A DNA stretch of 64,000 nt from Spirochaetaceae bacterium (GTDB lineage: Bacteria > Spirochaetota > Spirochaetia > DSM-2461): contig JAOPTT010000002.1 of assembly GCA_051531975.1 (NCBI GenBank), forward strand, positions 569,968 to 633,967, in the 5' to 3' direction. This document shows, piece after piece, positions 8,932 to 17,005 of the stretch (its first letter is position 1; each line of letters starts with the position of its first letter). Both the position numbers and the translations under genes were made by a program. The notes beneath the pieces were generated by a model, which was given only the letters and a program-made list of their open reading frames with translations, did no database searches and was not told the DNA's origin.

Positions 8932-11499
8932 TTAAATTAGTTTTAATTTTTTAGCCTTCGCAACCGCTTCTGTTCTTCTTTTAACTTGTAATTTGTCAAA
9001 GATCCGAGAGTTATGGCCTTTTATAGTACTAAGTGCTACACAGATTTGTTCACATATATCTTTGTTTGATAATCCTTCTGCTATTAATTTAAGTACTTCA
9101 ATTTCTCTTTCAGATAACTCATCTATAATAGTAATAGCTGATTCATCTTTTTCACCTAATATTTTCTTAATATATTCAGAATAGCGACCCTTACGTTGTA
9201 CTTCTAATAACATATCATTAAGTCTATTCTCTTGTAAAAAAACAGTTATATAAGATGATGGTTCACCTAGTAAAAGAGCTTTTTCTAAAAATGTAATTGC
9301 ATTAGTTTTATCATCCGTTAAATTTGAAATAATCGATAATAGAATGTAAGATTCCAGTTGCTCAAATTTCAAATCTTTTAGTAAATATATCTTAAGTAGT
9401 TCTTCTAAGGTCTGCTTAGATTCCTTATATTTTCCATAGGCCATCATAACTTTGACAGAGGATAAAGATTTCTCACTAGGAGCTAGCGAGTTCTTTGCTT
9501 CTTCAATTCTACCTTCTTTGATAAGTCCTGTAATTAATCCATTTGTAGCTTTAGCAGATAAAATATTAAAACCATTACTTTTAACCTGTTGCCTAATTGT
9601 TCTAAATTTTGAAATTGTTTCTTCATATAACCCATCTGCTTGTAAAATAAATAGATTTGTCATTTTACAAGTAATAATACTGTCTAATCTTCCAAGTATT
9701 AGAGCAAGTCCAGTACTTTTTTGGGCATATAATTTTGCTTTTGAAAAACTATTTTGATGATAATAAATTCTAGACAATCCGCTATAAACTTCACATGCCA
9801 TAGGTGGTGAAGTACCATTTAGCAGTGATATAATTCTCTTATATGTTCTCTTAGCTTCAACTAAATCACATTCAGCTTCCTGAAAAATTCCCAAGGACGT
9901 AGAAGCTAAAACATTAACTACGATATTACCTGTATCAGTACAGTTTTTTATAGTTCTTTCCATGTATAGTTGAGCAGTTTTTAAATCTCCAAGAAATTGA
10001 TGTGCTATACCCATAAACCAATTTACAGAACCTTTTGATGATAAGTTATCTTCACTGATTAATTCTAAAGCCTCTACAGCATATTTTATGATATTAGGGA
10101 CATCATGGTGACTTAGGGCTAAATACGCTCGAAGTGAGGCGATCTGCCCCCTTAGATCTTTATAAGTAACATCCTTAGGGTTGATATACTTTTCAGCAGT
10201 GCTCAGCTTTTCTTCTATACCATCGATCTTCCCACTTAGTGCTAATGCTGAAGCATAATGAACCAACAAGGCTGGCCTATTCTTAAAATCATCATTTGAT
10301 AATCTAGAAAACCAGGTTATAACTTGGGAAAGTCCTCCCCTATGGATTAAGTTAATACCACGGCTCTTTAATAACCTAAAAGAAAGATCTATATCCCCAG
10401 CTTTTGTAGCATGAATAAAAGCTTCAAGTTGTCGATCATGATCTTCATACCATCTGCTTGCCACTAAATGAAGTGATGCTGTGTTTTTAGTTTGCCGAGA
10501 TTTAATCAGATCAGCAAAAAGATGATGATACCGAAACCATTTTCTCTCTTCATCTAAGGGTATAATAAATAGATTTATCTGCTGTAGATACTCTAAGGTT
10601 TTTTGTCCTGATCCTTGTACACTATCTAGTAGGGCATCGCAAATAGAACCACAAAATCGATCTAATATGGAGGTTTTTAAAAGGAACTCCTGAATAGAAG
10701 GGTCTTGTTTAGTAAGAACTTCCTCAAGAAGATAATCCATAATATAAAAGTGATTCCCAGTGAAATGTTCAACAAAATGGTTTAAGTCTTTTTGAGTTTT
10801 CATAGTAATAGCTGTTAACTGTAGACCAGCTATCCAACCTTCTGTACGTATATCTAGAGCATCGATACTACTATCTGATAGCATCAGATTCATTTTTATC
10901 TTCAGAAACTCCGATGTTTCTTCTTTATTAAAACGTAGGTCATTTACCCGAATTTCAGTCAGTTCATCCCTTGCCCGTAAACGTGATAAAGGAAGATCTG
11001 GGTCCTCACGGGTTATTATTACTAGTTTCATGTTAGGAGGTAGATGTCCTAAAAAGAAATTGATTCCCTCAATTAACTCTTTTGACCGTATCAGGTGAAA
11101 ATCATCCAGAATTAACATTATATCTTCTTCTGATGCTGTAATTTCATTAATTAAGTTTGTAAATATAACATTTATATTAAAATCTCCAGGAGAGTGAATC
11201 ATTGTAAGAATGTTCTCCCCAATTGCACTGTTAACAGTTTGAAGAGTTGCAATCATGTAGGTTAAAAATTGTTTTGGATCATTATCAGACAGATCTAATG
11301 AGTACCAGCAGTAAAATCCTTTTATTTTTTGTAGCCACTCTGTAATAAGAGTTGTTTTACCAAATCCAGCAGAAGCAGACACTAAAATTAAATTATGTTG
11401 ATTGTTTTGTTCTAAAACATCCAATAATCGATGTCGTTTTATTAAATTAGATCCCGCCTTGGGAGAGTTCAGCTTTGTTTTTATTATTAAATCAGTCAT
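8932..11499 (-). CDS. MalT-like STAND ATPase / TPR / LuxR-HTH transcriptional regulator (copy 1)
   Basis: Walker A ASAGFGKT, LILDDFH, RTEGWIAGLQL, WFRYHHLF; C-terminal LSEREIEVL...GLSNKDI HTH. Confidence 0.93.
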   Translation of the reverse strand: MTDLIIKTKLNSPKAGSNLIKRHRLLDVLEQNNQHNLILVSASAGFGKTTLITEWLQKIKGFYCWYSLDLSDNDPKQFLTYMIATLQTVNSAIGENILTMIHSPGDFNINVIFTNLINEITASEEDIMLILDDFHLIRSKELIEGINFFLGHLPPNMKLVIITREDPDLPLSRLRARDELTEIRVNDLRFNKEETSEFLKIKMNLMLSDSSIDALDIRTEGWIAGLQLTAITMKTQKDLNHFVEHFTGNHFYIMDYLLEEVLTKQDPSIQEFLLKTSILDRFCGSICDALLDSVQGSGQKTLEYLQQINLFIIPLDEERKWFRYHHLFADLIKSRQTKNTASLHLVASRWYEDHDRQLEAFIHATKAGDIDLSFRLLKSRGINLIHRGGLSQVITWFSRLSNDDFKNRPALLVHYASALALSGKIDGIEEKLSTAEKYINPKDVTYKDLRGQIASLRAYLALSHHDVPNIIKYAVEALELISEDNLSSKGSVNWFMGIAHQFLGDLKTAQLYMERTIKNCTDTGNIVVNVLASTSLGIFQEAECDLVEAKRTYKRIISLLNGTSPPMACEVYSGLSRIYYHQNSFSKAKLYAQKSTGLALILGRLDSIITCKMTNLFILQADGLYEETISKFRTIRQQVKSNGFNILSAKATNGLITGLIKEGRIEEAKNSLAPSEKSLSSVKVMMAYGKYKESKQTLEELLKIYLLKDLKFEQLESYILLSIISNLTDDKTNAITFLEKALLLGEPSSYITVFLQENRLNDMLLEVQRKGRYSEYIKKILGEKDESAITIIDELSEREIEVLKLIAEGLSNKDICEQICVALSTIKGHNSRIFDKLQVKRRTEAVAKAKKLKLI

Positions 11500-11669
11500 C
11501 TATGGATATTATAACATGATTTTATATTTTGATGTTTAAGCTTTATAAAATATTATTATCTATAAGTAAATATAACAAAACCTTATTTTTGACACAATTT
11601 GAACACACTTTAGAAATATTTTTCTATTAGATTAGAAATAGATTACTTCTAAAGGAGCTTGATATCTAT

Positions 11670-12176
11670 ATGAAATACATTGCAGTGATTATATTTGGTG
11701 TTTTAAAGTTATTTTATATTAATGCAAATAACAGAACGTTGTTGTTTATGTTAACACCAATTAATAAAATAGTTTGTTTAGTGACAAATACACAGGCCAC
11801 AGTAGGTACAGAAGGTTACTTAAACAACAGTCTGAATATTATAATTAACAAATCCTGCTCAGGTTTTAATTTTTTCCTAGTAATTTTTGTAATGACCTTT
11901 GTTATGTCTTTTAAATATATTAATAGTACATTTCAGAAAACAGTTATAATTCCATGTCTTCTTATGACATCGTATTTAGTCACAATATTTGTTAACTCTT
12001 CAAGAATACTAATATCCCTGAAAACAAGTTATTTATTAACGAATCAAAATATAACACTACCCTGGCTTCATTATGTCGAAGGAATATTTATCTATCTATT
12101 TTTTCTAATTTTAATCTACACAATACTTGATAAAAGTATTACAAAAAGGATGTATCAAAATGAACAATTTAACTAA
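11670..12176 (+). CDS. xrtK: Exosortase K
   Basis: Cys-Arg-His triad in KSCSGFNFF, VNSSRI and LHYVEG; lies directly upstream of an MSEP-CTERM protein. Confidence 0.85.
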   Translation: MKYIAVIIFGVLKLFYINANNRTLLFMLTPINKIVCLVTNTQATVGTEGYLNNSLNIIINKSCSGFNFFLVIFVMTFVMSFKYINSTFQKTVIIPCLLMTSYLVTIFVNSSRILISLKTSYLLTNQNITLPWLHYVEGIFIYLFFLILIYTILDKSITKRMYQNEQFN

Positions 12177-14958
12177 ACCATACTGGATTTTTTTAATAAA
12201 TACCCTGCCCTTAATTATTCTCTTTATTATATTAAGAAGAGACTATGTTATTATTAAATCACTATTAACCCCTGATAATATAACCCTATGGAAAAGTTTT
12301 ACAACTGCATTAATTATCTATGGAATTTCTAATCTGGTATATGGGGTAATTCTTAAAATAAAAAATAGAGAGATAGATGTTATTTACACTTGTGTAACAC
12401 TGGTTATTTCTATATCAATAATCTACTTCTATATATATAACTTAGATGAAATAATTCCATTTAACATACCTCAGTGGATGGTCCCAGGTGAAAGGTTGGT
12501 TTATGTAGGTACATTTTTAATGCCTACAATACTATTTTTAATATTTATATTAGTATTTAAATTAACATCCGTTAATAAAAAGTTTAATGCATTTATATCC
12601 TTTGGAATTTCAGTTCTAATACCAGTATGTTGGTACATTATCTTAACTTTAGGGCTTCCTTCTATGTTATCACTACCCTCAAGATATAAGGATCATATTA
12701 ATGTTGTTCTCCTAATTACAGGGATAGTCCTATTTATATTCTTTCTATTTAGGGGTTGTTATATCCTTATACAAAGAAGATCTGAAAGACTTAGAAGAAG
12801 AGAAATATTCTGGAGAATCCCCTTAGCACTACTGTTACCAATTGGAGGCTTATTATTACATCTAAAATTTCCTATTTTTGGTAATTTCAACTCTAGATGG
12901 TTCTTTATTATTGGGTGTATTAATGGAATATTACTCTGCTTACCTAATTTAAATAATAAAACTTACAGACTATATCTATTTATTGGTCGGAGTATAACCT
13001 ATATGTTTAGTATTTATTTCTTAATTGTCTTTATCCCCTATTTACCAGTATCCGTAGTGGCTATTTTGGCATATGGGTCAGGATTATTAATGTTATGTCC
13101 TATAACACTATTTATGATTCATACCCAAACTTTGACCCATGATTGGAACTACTTAAAATCATATTTTAATAAAAAAATATTAGGTGTAATTATTTTATCA
13201 TCTGTTTTAATTATACCCTTTGGCTTATCAATCTCAATTTTAAGGGATAAAGGGACATTAAATAGTACCTTAAACTATCTTTATAGTCCTGATTATTCTA
13301 AGGAGTATAAAATCAATAGGAAATCTTTAAAAAATACCCTAGAAAACATAACATCATTACAAAAGAGTCGAATAGATTTTTTAGAGTTTAACGATAACTA
13401 CATACCATATTTATCTGGAATATATAACAAAATGGTATTTAATGGTTTAACAATATCAAAGAGTAAAATTAACGAAATAGAACAGATTTTTTTTGATAAA
13501 GATAAAAATTATAATACCCCAAACAGATTTGAAAATGAAAGTATTGAAATTACAGAGTTAGATGTAGAAAGCAGATACGATGTTGATCAGGATGTTTGGA
13601 TAAGTACTCTAAATATAAAACTAACCAATACTACCGATTTCTTTGGACAAGAGTATGTAACGACCCTAGATTTACCAAATGGTTGTTGGATTAGCGATTA
13701 TTATCTTTATGTTAATGGGATAAAAGAACATGGACTATTAGCAGAGAAAAAGTCAGCTATGTGGATTTATAATCAGATTAGGTACAGAGAGAGAAGAGAT
13801 CCAGGAATACTATATTATTTATCAGGAAACAAGGTAGAGTTTAAAGTCTTTCCATTTGCTGGTAATGAGGTAAGAGAAACAGGTATAGAGTTTATACACA
13901 AGGAGCCTTTCTCTTTAAAAATTGATTATAGAGAAATAATGTTAGGAGACTATAAAGATCAGATAAAGAGCAATCATGTTGGAAACAGTAATAATGATGT
14001 AATTTATATTTCTGAATCTGAGAAAAAGGAATTAGATATACTAGAGCGTAAACCATATTATCATTTTATTGTGGATACCTCACAAAACCAGGATATTAAT
14101 AAAAATAGTAATATTCAAATGATTAACTCCTTACTTAAAAGACAACATATCAAAAATATTGGAAGTAAAATATCTTTTACTAATAGCACAGTTATTACTT
14201 ACGATTTAAATAACAATCTAGAGGAACTATATGACAAACAAACATTTCATGGGGGATTTTATACTGACAGAGCAATAAAAAAAGCTCTATATGATAGTTA
14301 TGTAAATCTTTCTAAAACATATCCTATTATTATTATAGTTACTGATAATATCTATAATGGTGTATTAGTAAATAATTTCTCTGATCTTAAAATAACTTAT
14401 CCAGATAGTTCTTTATTTTATCTGCTAAAAGAAGATGGAGAGTTGGAAACTCACAACCTAGAATCTAATCCTTTAAAGGTAGTTCAAGAACAGCCTAAGT
14501 TTAATAATACAGTTTATGCCTACCCTAATAGATTAAATCCTGTGGTTTACCTTCCTAAACAAAATGGTGGTGAAGTTATATTGTTAAATAAAGAATTTAA
14601 ACTTAATAGAAAGCTAATTAAAGACAAAAACTGGGAAAGTGGACTTCTGCAACAAGGATTATGGATACAACATAAACTTTACCCGGATAAAGATGGTAAA
14701 AGATGGCAGCAGCAGATTAGATCAAGTTTTGAATCAAAAATAATGAGTCCAGTTACTTCATACCTAGTAGTTGAAAACGATGCACAAAGAGCTATGTTAA
14801 AAAGAAAACAGGAGCGTGTATTAAATGGTAAAGAATCTTTTGATATACAAGAAGAACCGGTACAGATGTCAGAACCAGGGTTTGTGATATTGGCATTAAT
14901 ATTACTTACAACATTATATCTAAAAAAAAGGAAAAACGAATTCGGAGTTAAAATTTAA
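12160..14958 (+). CDS. MSEP-CTERM sorting-domain protein (multi-TM N-terminus, VIT-like and vWA-like regions)
   Basis: C-terminal QMSEP + TM helix + KKRK; VIT-like AEKKSAMWIYNQI...RDPGIL...KVFPF; AAGGA RBS before ATG 12160. Confidence 0.88.
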   Translation: MNNLTKPYWIFLINTLPLIILFIILRRDYVIIKSLLTPDNITLWKSFTTALIIYGISNLVYGVILKIKNREIDVIYTCVTLVISISIIYFYIYNLDEIIPFNIPQWMVPGERLVYVGTFLMPTILFLIFILVFKLTSVNKKFNAFISFGISVLIPVCWYIILTLGLPSMLSLPSRYKDHINVVLLITGIVLFIFFLFRGCYILIQRRSERLRRREIFWRIPLALLLPIGGLLLHLKFPIFGNFNSRWFFIIGCINGILLCLPNLNNKTYRLYLFIGRSITYMFSIYFLIVFIPYLPVSVVAILAYGSGLLMLCPITLFMIHTQTLTHDWNYLKSYFNKKILGVIILSSVLIIPFGLSISILRDKGTLNSTLNYLYSPDYSKEYKINRKSLKNTLENITSLQKSRIDFLEFNDNYIPYLSGIYNKMVFNGLTISKSKINEIEQIFFDKDKNYNTPNRFENESIEITELDVESRYDVDQDVWISTLNIKLTNTTDFFGQEYVTTLDLPNGCWISDYYLYVNGIKEHGLLAEKKSAMWIYNQIRYRERRDPGILYYLSGNKVEFKVFPFAGNEVRETGIEFIHKEPFSLKIDYREIMLGDYKDQIKSNHVGNSNNDVIYISESEKKELDILERKPYYHFIVDTSQNQDINKNSNIQMINSLLKRQHIKNIGSKISFTNSTVITYDLNNNLEELYDKQTFHGGFYTDRAIKKALYDSYVNLSKTYPIIIIVTDNIYNGVLVNNFSDLKITYPDSSLFYLLKEDGELETHNLESNPLKVVQEQPKFNNTVYAYPNRLNPVVYLPKQNGGEVILLNKEFKLNRKLIKDKNWESGLLQQGLWIQHKLYPDKDGKRWQQQIRSSFESKIMSPVTSYLVVENDAQRAMLKRKQERVLNGKESFDIQEEPVQMSEPGFVILALILLTTLYLKKRKNEFGVKI

Positions 14959-14959
14959 A

Positions 14960-14994
14960 AATAATGGAAGTGCATGTTTTTCACTTCCATTATT
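14960..14994. terminator. Bidirectional terminator between convergent genes
   Basis: AATAATGGAAGTG / CACTTCCATTATT, perfect 13-bp inverted repeat. Confidence 0.75.
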
Positions 14995-15004
14995 CCTACA
15001 ATCT

Positions 15005-15718
15005 TTATTTACTGTTGTTTTTAATTTCCTGTTTTTTCCATAAATCTACATTTACACCTTTAATTGTTAACCATAATGCAAATGATAATTCTGCTGGGAT
15101 TGTAGATAAAACTATCATGGTATATATCGCGTCAAATTGTGGTAAAATGATATATCCAACACTATCAACAAAATATCCAAATGCAGCAAATAGGAATAAA
15201 AAACCTAAAACTTTTGGAAAAAATGTAGATTTTATTATCAACATACCAATTATTAGCAAGTGAAGACTAAAGAAAATACCCCAAATAAGGCTGGTTGTAG
15301 AGTAGGCATTTAGAAATAGAAGAACAAGAGCATTTATCTGATCTGGGTTAAAAACAGAGAGATAAGCCTGTCCACTTAACAACTCTAATACAATCAGTTT
15401 ATTTATAATATTCATTCCAATCATTGTAGTCATCGCCAATCTTGCAAAAGCTGCAATAGCTGACTTAGTTTTATTAACCGGTTTAAATATATTAAAGATC
15501 AGAACTGTTATTACTATTTCAAGCAGGAAGACAAATGAATCTGCTACTGCTCCCAAACGGAACATAGATTCAGAATCCAAAATACTCTTGGCTGTAGCAT
15601 TAGCATCTCCTGGAACTATTAGACTCTCAAATCCTCCAAAAAATCCAAATCCCCCACATACTGCTATTAGTAGATATATAACTCCTGCAATCTTAGCAGT
15701 TTTATTTATCGATTTCAT
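15005..15718 (-). CDS. DUF4386-family membrane protein
   Basis: AKIAGVIYL, VPGDANATA, FKPVNK, LWLTIKG motifs; about 6 TM segments. Confidence 0.8.
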   Translation of the reverse strand: MKSINKTAKIAGVIYLLIAVCGGFGFFGGFESLIVPGDANATAKSILDSESMFRLGAVADSFVFLLEIVITVLIFNIFKPVNKTKSAIAAFARLAMTTMIGMNIINKLIVLELLSGQAYLSVFNPDQINALVLLFLNAYSTTSLIWGIFFSLHLLIIGMLIIKSTFFPKVLGFLFLFAAFGYFVDSVGYIILPQFDAIYTMIVLSTIPAELSFALWLTIKGVNVDLWKKQEIKNNSK

Positions 15719-16685
15719 CTTTGTTCTCCTCTCTTATTGTTATTACTAAATTACCTTTTTTATGTCCCTGTTCAACATATCTATGAGCTTCTGGAATATC
15801 GGCTAAAACATATGTTCTATCGATAACACATTTTATCTGTCCTGATTCTATTAACCCTTTAAAGAAAACAAGATCCTCTGCAGTTTCCTTCATTACACCG
15901 GAAACTACACTTTTACTACTTGTTATTGTTGACCATATTCCTCTAAACGTTTGTGATACACTTGCTGCTGCTAAAACTAATGAACCTCGTTTATTTAAGG
16001 ATTTTATACTCCATCCATAGGAACTTTTACCAACTGTATCAAAAATAAGATCGTACTTCTCTGTTCTATCTGTTATGTCCTCTTTTGTATAATCAATAAC
16101 ATCATCAGCTCCAAGGGATCTAACTAAATCTATATTTGATGTACTACAAACCCCAGTTACATTGGCTCCAAAGTATTTTGCAAGTTGTATTGCGGCTGTT
16201 CCTAATGCTCCAGAGGCTCCATATATAAGGACATTTTGCCCCTGTTTAATATTACCTTTTCTTAGGTAATGCAACGCTGTATTTCCTCCAAATGGAATAG
16301 ATACTGCTTCTTCATAAGTCATATTTGTGGGTTTAATAGATACCACGGCATCTTCGGGTATACTTAAATACTCTGCATAAGCACCAAAAGCCATACCTGT
16401 TGTTCCGTATACTTTATCGCCTTGTTTGAATTTTGTTACATCTTTTCCAACAGATTCTATCTCACCTGCAAAAACAAAGCCGAGAATACTGTTTTTTGGT
16501 TTTGTGAGTCCAAAAAACAGTCTAATTACAAATGGATCCGCTTTTCTTAGATGCCAGTCCCCTGATGATACAGATGTTGCATAATTTTTAATTAATATCT
16601 CTTTATCATTTGGAATGGGCTTTTCTACTTCTTCTAATTTTAAAACATCAGGTGAGCCATACTCTTTAAATATAATTGCTTTCAC
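15702..16685 (-). CDS. NAD(P)-dependent medium-chain dehydrogenase/reductase (Qor-like, lacks Zn-binding Cys)
   Basis: YGSPDVL, GASGALG nucleotide-binding motif, LGADDVIDY, AHRYVEQGHKKG; GTG start overlaps the upstream stop. Confidence 0.9.
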   Translation of the reverse strand: MKAIIFKEYGSPDVLKLEEVEKPIPNDKEILIKNYATSVSSGDWHLRKADPFVIRLFFGLTKPKNSILGFVFAGEIESVGKDVTKFKQGDKVYGTTGMAFGAYAEYLSIPEDAVVSIKPTNMTYEEAVSIPFGGNTALHYLRKGNIKQGQNVLIYGASGALGTAAIQLAKYFGANVTGVCSTSNIDLVRSLGADDVIDYTKEDITDRTEKYDLIFDTVGKSSYGWSIKSLNKRGSLVLAAASVSQTFRGIWSTITSSKSVVSGVMKETAEDLVFFKGLIESGQIKCVIDRTYVLADIPEAHRYVEQGHKKGNLVITIREENKDEIDK

Positions 16686-16900
16686 TTTTTTACTCCTTGG
16701 TTTACTGAAATTAATGGTATTCCTAAATCCCGGACTCTTTTTAGCAGTCCATGTAAAGCTGCCTGGTCTTGGACCATTCCGGTAATTAAAGTATCTCCAT
16801 TATCTTCAAGGGAAATAGTCATGCTTCCAAACCAGTCTGACCATTTTATATCTAGGTGTCCCTCGACTCTGATCTGATAATTTTTTGCACTGTTTAACAT
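16682..16900 (-). CDS. Small conserved protein, possibly ACT/ferredoxin-like; paralogue of 8588..8815
   Basis: YQIRVEGHLDIKWSDWF...GDTLITG...DQAALHGLLKRVRDLGIPLISV. Confidence 0.85.
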   Translation of the reverse strand: MLNSAKNYQIRVEGHLDIKWSDWFGSMTISLEDNGDTLITGMVQDQAALHGLLKRVRDLGIPLISVNQGVKK

Positions 16901-16955
16901 CTCAATTTCTCCCTGTATACTAAAAATATACTCTAGGATGAGTTGCCTAACAAAG

Positions 16956-16983
16956 ACACTAAAGTGTTGTTTGGAGTGTTGTT
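16956..16983. promoter_or_regulatory. Putative operator palindrome, copy 2, with a direct repeat
   Basis: ACACT-AA-AGTGT followed by TGTTT; AGTGTTGTT repeated at 16963 and 16975. Confidence 0.5.
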
Positions 16984-17005
16984 CTGAATTTAAGACTCAG
17001 GATAT

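Noticed and set aside
11602..11613. AACACACTTTAG upstream of xrtK, resembling the STAND-module motif (AACAACACTTTAGT)
   Set aside because: Needs a gap, lacks the palindromic second half, and is short in AT-rich DNA; kept only as a site to test once a motif model exists
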